A stretch of DNA of 64,000 nt from Amphiscolops sp. MND2022. Lineage: Eukaryota. The DNA is taken from NCBI GenBank assembly GCA_964187785.1, contig OZ076409.1, forward strand, positions 79,980,001 to 80,044,000, written 5' to 3'. Shown here piece after piece: positions 1-12,000 of this stretch (position 1 is its first letter; each line of letters opens with the position of its first letter). Under the pieces are notes generated by a model, which saw nothing but the letters and a program-made list of their open reading frames with translations, did no database searches and was not told the origin of the DNA. Made by a program: the position numbers and the translations under genes.

Positions 1-1016
1 TTCTGCCATCAATCAGCCTCTCTTACCAGGTCATCTGTACTCGGTCTCTCCGCAAACCCTCTTCTGCACCCAGTCTCTCTCCACAATTCATACATCTGTA
101 CTCATTTTCGCTTCTTGCTTCAATGGATAAAGTCATCTCACAAAATGGCGAAAACGGAGTTAACAAATTACCTGGAAAGTCGGATGCCCCACGCAAAGTT
201 GGGTTTTGCTACTACTGCCAAGTGTTCTACCCCAACGGGAAAACAAAGTACGAAGTTACCCAAAAAAACACGTACGATGAAGAGATCATTTTTGATGACA
301 TCTGGAGACCGAACAATAATCTTCACGTCAAGCCTTTTAGGGCTCAGCTCTAAACACAACCAGTAACCCTGAAATCAAATCCAGTACAGCAGAAATCCAT
401 AGAAGAAATTATAAGCCCTCTCGAGCCACTCTTTCACTACTGCTTCAACAGAAGAAACTTGTTGATTTGTTCTTTTCATATATATTTTTGTATTTAGATG
501 ATCAATTAATTTTATTCATATACAGTCATTTTCGATGCAAAGCTCTAAATTGTTTGAGTTACCGTAGACCGAGAAACGCGCAGAGAGAGGAAGATGAATT
601 ATATATTGCACAAATATTCGTGGACAAAAAAGTAAAGCTAGAGCCAGTAAATTTGGCTAACGAAGTCCTAGTCTAATTAAAACAAAACATTGAAAACAAG
701 TTGGCAAGGCATTTTGATGTAAAATGGCATTTGTTCATAATTGTCTTTTTGTCAAAATATGGCAGATTTTTATCAACTGCCATTTTTCGAAAGCATTTCA
801 CGAATGAGCTAGTTCTTGAATGGTCCTAAAACGATTGTGGAAAGTAAGACCATATCGTTATACATGTGTCGTGGAAACCGCATACTAATCTTAAACTGTA
901 AGAAAACAACTACCAAAGGGGGTAGTACGTCAATATTTAAATCTGACTGTAATGTCCTGGTTTCCACCATTTTGAGCATATTGTCTTGGATTCCACCAAA
1001 ATAGCATTCACTGTTC
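1..1016 (+). repeat. Segmental duplicate of 6930..7945 (offset 6929)
   Basis: Near-identical sequence. The ORF pairs 123..353 / 6842..7282 and 467..676 / 7396..7605 differ by only a few substitutions. Identity ends at cactgttc|g versus cactgttc|a. Confidence 0.95.
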
Positions 1017-1340
1017 GATGGCCACGAAAGCGACTGTGGAAAGTAAGACCATATCGTTATACATGTGTCGTGGAAACCGCATACTAATCTTAAACTGTAA
1101 GAAAACAACTACCAAAGGGGGTAGTACGTCAATATTTAAATCTGACTGTATTGTCCTGGTTTCCACCATTTTGAGCATATTGTCTTGGATTTCACCAAAA
1201 TAGCATTCACTGTTCGATGGCCACGAAAGCGACTGTGGAAAGTAGGACCATATCATTATACATGTGTCGTGGAAACCATATACATATCTTAAACTGTACG
1301 AAAACAACTACCAAAGGGGGTAGTACGTCAATATGTAAAA
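690..1340 (+). repeat. Repeat family A array (AT-rich leader + ~2.6 units of 199 bp)
   Basis: aagta(a/g)gacc recurs at 842, 1041 and 1240, giving a period of 199. Confidence 0.95.
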
Positions 1341-1348
1341 GTATGTAA

Positions 1349-1477
1349 CAGTATGTATTTTAAAAACCAAGGAAGGAGCCAAAATCTCCAGATTACCTGC
1401 GCCTTGGCGTGAGAAATTTAACTCGTTTAGTGTCGATACTAGAAATTACCTTTACATGGATGAACGGTTGGTTATCC
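1349..1477 (+). mobile_element. Short Gypsy pol fragment (RNaseH-integrase linker)
   Basis: Translates LKTKEGAKISRLPAPWREKFNSFSVDTRNYLYMDERLVI, homologous to KRPDSTKINRIPTPWREKYKCLSLDANDFVYMDERLVIP in the Gypsy ORF 15009..15521. Confidence 0.85.
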
Positions 1478-1673
1478 TGTTAACTCGGAGAAGATATGGT
1501 AAGAAAGATGAATTAAAAGTAATACAAACACAATCGTTAATGTATGAACTATTCACTATCTGTATCATAGAGTTCGACTTCAACTAATGTTCATACTGTA
1601 AAGTTCTTCATCGTAGACATTGGCAGGTACTATGAACTAATTAGTTCATCTTTTTAGTGACGTCTACTTCTCA
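1478..1673 (-). mobile_element. Gypsy 3' LTR (~196 bp)
   Basis: TG...CA termini (minus strand TGAGAAG...GTTAACA). Immediately preceded on the minus strand by a polypurine tract AAAGGGGGAA (1674..1683), downstream of the integrase ORF. Confidence 0.75.
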
Positions 1674-1828
1674 TTCCCCCCTTTGTAAATCAGGGAAACC
1701 ATTGTTGAGCTTCTGTGGGTTCCCACTTGACTTTGGCATCGGCTGTTGGGTTTTCCTTTTTGATTTTCGGAAAGGGTTGTCGCAGGAATCGTTGTAGTGG
1801 GCTGGAGAACTCTAAACGACTTAACCAA

Positions 1829-4534
1829 TTAGAAATACTCTACCCCTCCTAACTTTACAGTTCGTTTAGCGCCTTTTATTCTACTTGATCTACGAAGGTC
1901 AGGTGACTCTGTTTGCGTTTTATGGTTTTCTAATTCCTTTTTGTCTACTATTTTTAAGTTACCTCTTTTAGGGTTTGTTTTCCCTTTCTTCGGAGTGGCG
2001 TCGGTATTCGCAGTGGCCCGTATTGGCGTCTGCTGTTCGCCTTCTGGTTGTTTCGGTTGTGCGCCGTAACTGGTGCTACATTGTACCGGCGTAGACGGTG
2101 GCGGTGTGCGTATCTCGGGTGTGGTTTCTTCTTCGGGCCGTAGTGTTTCCGCTGTGACGGTAGTGTTACTTGCTTGCGGTCCCTGTTCTTCCGTTGATTT
2201 GTCTTGTCCGTTGCTTGTTTCTATGACATCGCCGTAGGTCGATCTTTTCTCTGGCATTGTTGGAAGGGTGTAGCTGCATCCCGGTTCATCGGTGGTACCG
2301 TATACTCGTTTGTGGGTATCGCAGTACTTTCCTTGGCTAAATTTTCCGCATCTGGCACAGCGGTTTGTGGGTTTCCTCTTTTCCTCTGACTTTTTCGGCA
2401 GCTGAAATTTTATCGGTTTCGAAGCTAATTTTTTATGAATTATTTTTCCGTCTGATGTTGTTATAGTGTGTTTGGTTTCATTCACGGCTGTCAGTATCTT
2501 GTTGGTTTTAAATTTGCATTTCATTGCGTTTGGTTTGTTTTCTTTTTCAAAAAATTGGTACTGTTTAAATTCCTTGCTTACCGATCTGTTTCTTTTCTTC
2601 GAGTCGTTAAGAATCAGATAGTCTGCCATTTCTCCCTCTGAGTCGTTGATTGTAAACATCTGTACCTCAGTGGGTTGTGCTGAAACGTAATTGGTCAGTG
2701 TCTTTTTCCAATTGGATAGAAGACATTCTGATCGGCCGATTAGACTGGTTATTGCCGTGCGTGGCTTACGTCCGTAGTGCATTTGGAATGGCGTCATATT
2801 CAACTTACTATGCGGAGTTTGTCTAATTGTTTTGATTGCCAATTTAACACCTTCTTCAAATGTTAGGCCGTCTGCCATATTAGCTCTAGTTAATGACCTA
2901 ATTGTCCGTATCGTTCTTTCTACATGTAGATTCGGTGTACATCTAATGCGTTTTATATTTTCTTGGTTACAAAATTCTTTAAATTCGTTACTTTTAAAAC
3001 AACTACCGTTGTCGGTGCGTACGCTCCGTGGTGTCCCGTTATCTGAACAGTATTCCGTTAAAAATTTTAAAACTGTCCGTGTGTCGGTGTTTTTACAAAT
3101 TTTGGCGGTGGGCCATTTGCTAAAACGGTCGACTGCGACTAAAATATATACATCGCCGCGAGTCTTTGATTTTATTGGACCGGCAAAGTCCAATTGTATT
3201 TCTTGGTTCGGTTCGGACAAAATTTCTAAATAGTTTTTCTCCGTTGACGGTAATTGCGTTGTTAAATTCTTACCTGACGACCTGCAGCTGGGACAGTTTT
3301 CCGCTTTTTCCTTTATCTCCCGATAGAGGCCTGGCCACCAGAAGGCTGTGGATAATTGCTCCATCTTTGTGGCCGATGGGTGTCCTTGATGGAGCATGGC
3401 GATGATTGTGCTTCTCATTGCTTCGGGTATAACGATCTTGTCGTTATAGAAGAGTAGGCCGAATCGGGTTGTCAGGTGATGTCTGTGTGGCCGATAGGGA
3501 TAAAAGATCCCCTCAATCTGGTTCTTTTCGACGGCAGTGATAGCATTCAAGATTTTTGTGTCTCTCGCCGTTTCTTCTACTAACATCGGCAAGTCAAGTG
3601 CAAAATCTTTTTCGACTTTCTTGATGGTTTCCTCTGTCCGCTCATTGTGTTCGTCGTCTAGGTTGTTCGTCTTTACAGTTTGTTTCAGTCGGATTAGGTT
3701 TATTGTTTCGTGTTTCCGAAACTTTTTGATGGCGTTTGTGGGACATTTTTCTTGTGTGACATTGCTCGTTTGGCTTTCAGTGTCGGATGATTGTGCTATC
3801 CACGATTCATAATTGTTCTGTTGGAACTCTTTCAGTGGCGTCGTACCCAGCGTATCGCAAAAACTGAAGAATCTGTTGTATATTTGTACATTTAATTCAA
3901 CAATTCTTTTTCGTACTTGCTGTGAGGGTCGGTATTCTTGAAGTCTTTCGTTGTCTGTCCCTTTTCCCACGATTCTCAATTTTTCGGGTTTCAGTAGTCT
4001 CTTTCTCTCTGTCCAGAGTCTGAAGGTGTCTGGTGAATGCCCTCTTTTCTTGAATATGAAGTGCATGTCAATTCCGTTTATTTTGTCCATATTGGATGGC
4101 TTTACTGATCTATTTGAAGAATTCACGGATGCGATTTGATTAACACCGTTCAGTGGTATCGAAGTTTCGAGCAATTGAGTTTGTCTATTTTGTTCACGCT
4201 TACATGTGCCGTGTTGTGATTGGTCGATTTTTTGTCTCGGCTTTGTTCGTTCTGTGAATCGTTTTATGCTTACGTTCGTTTGAATGAAATCGAATAAGCC
4301 GTGTATTTGGTTTATTACGAACTCTTCTTCGGATTCCGTTTCGTTTTGACCGTTAAAGTTATTCTCCGCTGCGCTTTCATCGGTGTTTACGATCGGGTGT
4401 CGGCTTAAGTAGTCCGTCAATGGGATGTTTTTACCGGCGGTATATTGAACATTTACATCGAAGTGGCTTAATCTGTCTAACCACCGTGTTAACTTGGCGC
4501 TGTACTGTTTGTGCACCCTGTTCCGTTTTAGCAA
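1829..4534 (-). mobile_element. Gypsy/Ty3 pol 3' portion: RNaseH end, HHCC zinc finger, DDE integrase, long C-terminal tail
   Basis: LTRWLDRL...DYLSRHP; HQGHPSATKM...CPSC; LDFAGP...VDRFSK...TDNGSCF...ERTIR. RT and most of RNaseH are missing. Confidence 0.95.
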
Positions 4535-4582
4535 CGGTTGTAGGACAGGTTATTCTTGGACAGGTTATTGATGAACTTCTGT

Positions 4583-5079
4583 ATTTTTTTTGTGGTTTTG
4601 TTTAATTCCGCTGTATTAATTATAGGCGGTATTATCGTTACCGGAGAGCCAGTGTCAATAATAAATTCTATTGGCTGTCCTTGGACCAATAGTATCGCTT
4701 TGTAGAAGTCGATCCGATTTATGCCGTTGACGGATTGGATGTGATCAATTTCGGGCCATGATTCGGTGTCACTGTCCGTTGACGGTTCTTTTTGTATCCG
4801 GCTGACGGTCTTGGATTTACACACTTTGGCAAAGTGACCCATCTTCTTGCAGTTATTACACTGTGCTCTCCGTGCTGGGCAAATATGTTCCATTGACCAA
4901 TTTGGTTTACCGCAAAAGCGACAATTACGATTTGACATTTTCTTCTTCCACGTTTCGGTGGTTTTTTGTTTCCGTATTGGTTGTGTGTTTCGGCCGTTTC
5001 GACGCTTTGGGAATCCGCCGAATGAAATGCAAAACAATACGTTTAGTTGCTGTTGCCTTAACTTCGAGATACAGTTCAT
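4583..5079 (-). mobile_element. Gypsy gag C-terminus (zinc knuckles) and aspartic protease start, truncated
   Basis: CRFCGKPNWSMEHIC, CNNCKKMGHFAKVC (CCHC knuckle) and FIIDTGSPVTI (protease DTG). Confidence 0.92.
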
Positions 5080-5123
5080 AATACATTGTTATCTCCCCTT
5101 CTTTCCTTCTTGAGTACTGCCTC

Positions 5124-5441
5124 TCAGCTGTCTTTAACAACCTCACTTGACGTCTCTGACCCTTCTAGTACCTCTTCCTCAATTGGCAATTCGGCCTCAT
5201 TTAGCATTTCTTGACTATTTGGCAAGTTGGCTTGTTTTGGCTTTTCTTCTTCACTGCTGCTATTTTCATCTTCCGATACTCCCTGCCTTTTTGACGGTCC
5301 CGGGTTATTCGCCTCTTTTCTCTCGATTGCTATATCTCTTTGGGATAATACCACAGGGCTTCCTCGGCTTGGCAGAATTGTCACAGTATGGTCCGATTCT
5401 CTAATTGGCTGAGCCGTTTTCCTTTTGAATGTTTCCTCCAA
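5124..5441 (-). mobile_element. Fragment of a second Gypsy pol C-terminal tail
   Basis: FKRKTAQPIRESDHTVTILP...VVLSQRDIA parallels YKKKKGVLLEQSNHTINFLP...TIISKRDVA in the Gypsy tail ORF 13816..14550. Abuts repeat B at ~5441. Confidence 0.75.
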
Positions 5442-5835
5442 TTTTTTTACTCACGATTGGGACCAAAATATCACAAAATCTTTTTTTCATTTTAGTATTC
5501 TAAAAGGCCTCCTTTTTGACCTCACGAAAGATATTATGGACATATTTCGTCCCTCTGACTTCTTCTAGCAACGAAATTCGGCTAAAAAAGTATTTCAAAG
5601 GTGAAATTATTCGTGAATAATTTTGGTCCCAATCGTGAGTAATTTTTTTACTCACGATTGGGACCAAAATATCAAAAAATCTTTTTTTCATTTTAGAATT
5701 CTAAAAGGCCTCCTTTTTGTCCTCACGAAAGATATTATGGACATATTTCGTCCCTCTGACTTCTTCTAGCAACGGAACTCGGCTAAAAGTAATTCAAAGG
5801 TGAAATTAATCTTGAATAATTTTGGTCACAAATTG
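5441..5835 (+). repeat. Repeat family B, two ~201-bp units with 22-bp inverted termini
   Basis: Units start TTACTCACGATTGGGACCAAAA at 5447 and 5648; the first ends with the reverse complement at 5621..5642. The junction forms a 22-bp-arm palindrome (5621..5669). Confidence 0.93.
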
Positions 5836-6335
5836 TCACAAAGTTTGATCCTGGTTTCACAAAATTATTGACTGATCTTACATTGTTTTTTTAATGACAT
5901 GGCAGTCATACGAAATGTCACTCAAAATCAAAATTTGGCAGATTATGCTAAACTACTAATTGTTAGAATGGTTACAATTTATCATGTTTTGATCCTCCAG
6001 TATGTCAGATGACTCTCATCCTTTTATGGTAAGCTATAGTTCGATAATTTGAAGCAAACCCGTGAACAGTTTCTAACTACATGCACACTTGTCAAAAGAG
6101 AACGCTACTCTCTCTCCTGATTCCTTGGTCAACCATAGTCCGTGAAAAGTCACGTTTAGTTCGTAATTTGCAATTTTGTGCTACCTACATGTAGTTGAGT
6201 AACTGCTCGTTTATTTATCATTTCTTGTTGAAACTTTGTTTGATTTTGATTCATTGCCACTTTTGCTACTTCATTCCTCTTTGTGCAAGGCTCTCGAGAC
6301 ATACTTATCTATCCGAACTCTCAATACTCAAGGTA

Positions 6336-6645
6336 AGGGTTTAAATATTGACGTACTACCACCTTTGGTAGTTGTTTTCTCAAAGTTTAGGATATGTATG
6401 CGGTTTCCACGACACATGTATAAAGTTAGGGTCTTACTTTCCACAGTCGTTTTAGCTCATTCGTTGAATGTGATACTACGAAAATGGCAGTTTATCAAAA
6501 TCTGCCAGATTTTGATGACAAGCTAGATAATATTAAACGCCATGTTATTCGAAAACGCCATTCAAACATTGAGAAATTTTTCCTTGACCATAGGACGGCA
6601 TAATGGATTTTAAATTTTGACGTACTACAATACAGTCAGAATTAA
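6336..6645 (-). repeat. Diverged inverted copy of repeat A with leader and linker remnants
   Basis: tttaaatattgacgtactaccacctttggtagttg...tttccacagtcg is the reverse complement of the A unit. Confidence 0.85.
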
Positions 6646-6929
6646 ACCTTGTGTCTTATTTTCCCCTGCGGTCGCTTGGGGAGGGGGCATTTTGCGCAAT
6701 TAATGACGAAATACAATTACCTTTGAAAAAGACTGCATGGTAAAAGCCATTTACAATTAAATAATTAGAACCAAACACTTTAATCTAACTTTATTCTGAC
6801 ATCAAAGCAGTATTTCAACCAATAAGGGTTAACCAAAAAGTTTGGCTTTCAATTACATTTCTTTCATTCTTGCCAAACAAACTCAAACGATCCAGTCTCT
6901 ATTCTTTTTTGTCATCATTCAGTCTCTTG

Positions 6930-7945
6930 TTCTGCCATCAATCAGCCTCTCTTACCAGGTCATCTGTACTCGGTTTCTCCGCAAACCCTCTTCTGCACCC
7001 AGTCTCTCTCCACAATTCATACATCTGTACTCATTTTCGCTTCTTGCTTCAATGGATAAAGTCATCTCACAAAATGGCGAAAACGGAGTTAACAAATTAC
7101 CTGGAAAGTCGCATGCCCCACGCAAAGTTGGGTTTTGCTACTACTGCCAAGTGTTCTACCCCAACGGGAAAACAAAGTACGAAGTTACCCAAAAAAACAC
7201 GTACGATGAAGAGACCATTTTCGATGACATCTGGAGACCGAACAATAATCTTCACGTCAAGCCTTTTAGGGCTCAGCTCTAAACACAACCAGTACCCCTG
7301 AAATCAAATCCAGTACAGCAGAAATCCAAAGAAGAAATTATAAGCCCTCTCGAGCCACTCTTTCACTACTGCTTCAACAGAAGAAACTTGTTGATTTGTT
7401 CTTTTCATATATATTTTTGTATTTAGATGATCAATTAATTTTATTCATATACAGTCATTTTCGATGCAAAGCTCTAAATTGTTTGAGTTACCGTAGACCG
7501 AGAAACGCGCAGAGAGAGGAAGATGAATTATATATTGCACAAATACTCGTGGACAAAAAAGTAGAGCTAGAGCCAGTAAATTTGGCTAACGATGTCCTAG
7601 TCTAATTAAAACAAAACATTGAAAACAAGTTGGCAAGGCATTTTGATGTAAAATGGCATTTGTTCATAATTGTCTTTTTGTCAAAATATGGCAGATTTTT
7701 ATCAACTGCCAATTTTCGGAAGCATTTCACGAATGAGCTAGTTCTTGAATGGTCCTAAAACGATTGTGGAAAGTAAGACCATATCGTTATACATGTGTCG
7801 TGGAAACCGCATACTAATCTTAAACTGTAAGAAAACAACTACCAAAGGGGGTAGTACGTCAATATTTAAATCTGACTGTAATGTCCTGGTTTCCACCATT
7901 TTGAGCATATTGTCTTGGATTCCACCAAAATAGCATTCACTGTTC
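6930..7945 (+). repeat. Second copy of the 1..1016 duplication, ending in leader + one A unit
   Basis: Direct sequence identity with 1..1016. Confidence 0.95.
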
Positions 7946-8970
7946 AATGTCTAACAATTCTGAGTCTTTAACAAAGTAATACAATGTAAAATTTGGTTTC
8001 GAAGTTATGCAAGTTTTTGCTAGGCAGTATTCCATTGCTAGCTAACAATTAATTAGAATCCTAATTACGGACAAGTGAGATCAACAATTTCTCTTTGTTC
8101 AGCTATTGCTATTGAACCGTGAATCAGAACAATTTGAAGCTGAATATGAACATTGTAAACGCGACCAGGCCGCCCATATTTTGTCCCCGGTGTCCCAACC
8201 ATCATGACATGTAATAGCAACGAATACTTTTCTCCTTGACTTGTAATAAACACAAAATTTGTCTCAAAAGTCCTAGTCTCACGAAAACACCTATCAATTT
8301 TGCATGGCATTTTTTGAAAACATGGCATTTATTCATAACTGTCTTGTCATTAAATGTGGCAGATTTTGATCAATTGCCATTTTTTCATTAGCACTCAACG
8401 AATGAGCTCGTTTTTGAATGGTCCCAAAACGACTATAGAAAGTAAGACCATATCTTTATACATGTGTCGTGGAAACCGCATACTAATCTTAAACTGTAAG
8501 AAAACAACTACCAAAGGGGGTAGTACGTCAATATTTAAATCTGACTGTAATGTCCTGGTTTCCACCATTTTGAGCATATTGTCTTGGATTCCACCAAAAT
8601 AGCTTTCACTGTTCGATGGCCACGAAAGCGACTGTGGAAAGTAGGACCGTATCAGTATACATGTGTCGTGGAAACCACATACATATCTTAAACTGTAAGA
8701 AAACAACTACCAAAGGGGGTAGTACGTCAATATTTAAATCTGACTGTAATGTCCTGGTTTCCACCATTTTGAGCATATTGTCTTGGATTCCACCAAAATA
8801 GCATTCACTGTTCGATGGCCACGAAAGCGACTGTGGAAAGTAGGACCGTATCAGTATACATGTGTCGTGGAAACCACATACATATCTTAAACTGTAAGAA
8901 AACAACTACCAAAGGGGGTAGTACGTCAATATTCAAATCTGACTGTTTTGTCTAGGTTTCCACCAGTGTG
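7946..8970 (+). repeat. Spacer module S (~345 bp) + leader + ~3 A units
   Basis: S recurs at ~11800..12145 (offset 3854) and inverted and truncated at ~28990..29225; ORFs 8065..8328, 11919..12182 and 28937..29200 are near-identical. Confidence 0.93.
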
Positions 8971-9046
8971 AGTTTATTGTCCATTTTGAGGACTTTAAAA
9001 AAATTCAATGCAAATGATGTTTTTCTTTTTTAAACCTATATTCCAG

Positions 9047-12000
9047 ATGTCTGATCAGGCTTGCTCATCGCAGTCACAAGCAGTGACGTGTGAGAAATGC
9101 GGGCAGTTGTTGCCAAATACTGAAAGGCAGAATGAAGCACCATCATACAAGAAGTACAAAAAAAGCTCGACCAACCTATTTTCTTGTACCAATGGCACCT
9201 GTGATTACGTCACTGATCGGTTGTTCAACCTCCAGCGTCATGAGAAGCAGTGCCCAGGAATGCCCTATGAGGACTGGAAGAAAAAAGAACTGACCTGTGA
9301 GAATTGTGGACAGTTATTCACTAATAAGAAAAGTCGGATGCGTCATCAAAAGAACGCTAAGTACTGTGTCAAGCAGAAAGCCAAAATTGATGCCGGCATA
9401 GAAGTCTCCATGTACAAATAACGTAAGTTATTTAGCCTTACTGAAATTATTGAGTTTTTCGCTCGAATACTTATGATCTGGAAAGATATAAAGAACTGTG
9501 TGTGGGCGGGGGGTTTGGGAGGAAGATTAACAAAAAATCCAAATCAAAATGTTTACACATGTTTGTGTTTACACATGATGTTTTCCAGCAGCTGCAAAAG
9601 GTCGTCAAAAAAGTCCCCATATTTGTCTGAGTTGTGGCAAGTTGTTCGCGTACCAGTACGTACTCCGGAATCACGTCGCAAGATCACTATCTTGCCAAGT
9701 AGCCCTAGCTCCAATGCCTGTTGATGTCACCTTCTCAGAGTATCCCCCATCTCCTTTTGGTACCACAGGGTACTTTGAATTTTGCGAGAGAATTCCTCTG
9801 GAATGTGGGTTTTCTTTCGACGAGTGGCAGGGCCCTCAGGAGAATCCAAGTGTGCATTTAGGCTCTCTGTTGCAACACGGCATACCTCTGCTTTGGAAAA
9901 GTGGTGCAAACCATTGTCCTGGTATACAGCTTCCCAAAGTTGACAGGAGTGCGCATTTTCCCAGTGAAGTCCAGCAACTCCTGATGGCATCAAATTTGAC
10001 TGATCCGGAGCAGCAACTAGATGTGAAATCGGCAAAGATCGGCACTGTAAGTTTTTCATTATCTTTTCGCAAAAATACTGTCTTTTAAAAAACCAAAATG
10101 TCTCGTATATTGGATTCATGTAGTGTTTTATCTATTTTTTTCACATTTCACCATGGTTATTATTTCACAAAAATTATTCATTACCTCTCTCCAATAAAAC
10201 GATATGAATACTTCCTAGTTTCAGACGCAATCTCTATCCATACCGGAGTTCGTAGATGTTTTGAATTCATGTGGCCCTGATGACGTGAAGTATCCACTGA
10301 ATGTTATTGATATCAGGATGAAGCCAAAAGTAAGTTGGGAAACTTGATGAAAGAATAACCTCATTTTTCAACTATTTTCATTTTTTAAACTAAGTTTTTG
10401 TGTTTAAGAAGCTGTACACAGTCCCAAAGATGGTGAGAGACAATTCCATTGGTCACCTGGTTGAAAAACTCATTGGGAAGACTAGCCTCGAGCCTTATTC
10501 ATGTGCCACTTCATATTATCTGCTGATTACGCAGGACTCAGCGCACACAACTTGGCACCAAGACTTTTCAGCAACTTCTGTTTGCTATACTGTTCTTCGT
10601 GGCGAGAAAATTTTTTTCTTGGTCAAGCCAACAAAAAAGAATATGGCAATCTTCGAGAAATGGTCAGATGCAGAAAATGACCAAACGTAAGCGTTTTTAA
10701 TTGAAACTAACGAAGAGTTTTTGAATTTTATAAGAGTTGATTATAAATTTATAAATTAATTTTTTTCAACGAAACAACGGACACCAATAACTACAGAAAC
10801 AGTGCATAAAAACTAGTTTTGATTTAGTTTGATGTTTCAGGCCCACATTCTTTGGTGCCATCAATGAACTGGAAGAAGGATGCCTCCGACTCAATGTTAC
10901 ACCCAGTGACATGCTAGTTATGCCTGCCAACTACCTTCATTTTGTCCTCACGAAAGGTATTATGGTCTTCTTTAGTCTCTTTGAGTTATGAAAGAAGTGT
11001 CAGTTGGTCTTTTTCGTAATTCGCTTTTACGTACACTTGACTAATTCTGAACGAATTTAGCTGACGATCTCTTTCTAGTGTTGGATTCATTTTTGTAATT
11101 TTGGCGTTTTTTCCGGTATTGGCACGATGCATAATTTTGCCACAACTTAATACTTTCTTTTTCACTCTACAGTGTCAATACTCGTTTGCATGTTTTCCGC
11201 GTTCGATTTACACTCTCTCGCGATTTGATTGGTCCGTTTCTTCTCGCCAATACCGTCCGTTTTAATTCGTTTGTGAACTTGTCTACTACCTTTACGGTGA
11301 ACCAATCTTTGAATAATTCCTCAGATTGAATGATTGATCCTTCACATTAGGAAGGATGCCTTGACAAATAGTCAGCTATTCCCAGAATTCTCCCCGGTGT
11401 TTGTTCAATATGAAAATCGTACGGCAAAAACCGATCTACCCAGGCTTTAAAAAGTCTTTGTCTCACGAAAACATTGAAAACAATTTTGCAAGGCATTTTA
11501 TTAAAAATTGCATTTATTTATTACTGTCTTGTCATCGAAGTATGACAGATTTCTGTCAACTGCCATTTTTCATAAGCATTTAACAAATGAGTTCGTTCTT
11601 GAATGGTCCTAAAACGATTGTGGAAAGTAAGACCATATCGTTATACATGTGTCGTGGAAACCGCATACTAATCTTAAACTGTAAGAAAACAACTACCAAA
11701 GGGGGTAGTACGTCAATATTTAAATCTGACTGTAATGTCCTGGTTTCCACCATTTTGAGCATATTGTCTTGGATTCCACCAAAATAGCATTCACTGTTCA
11801 ATGTCTAACAATTCTGAGTCTTTAACAAAGTAATACAATGTAAAATTTGGTTTCGAAGTTATGCAAGTTTTTGCTAGGCAGTATTCCATTGCTAGCTAAC
11901 AATTAATTAGAATCCTAATTACGGACAAGTGAGATCAACAATTTCTCTTTGTACAGCTATTGCTATTGAACCGTGAATCAGAACAATTTGAAGCTGAATA

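Noticed and set aside
123-7605. Small duplicated ORFs MDKVISQNG…FCYYC… and …REEDELYIAQI…
   Set aside because: No domain recognised and no convincing splice model; reported only as part of the duplication.
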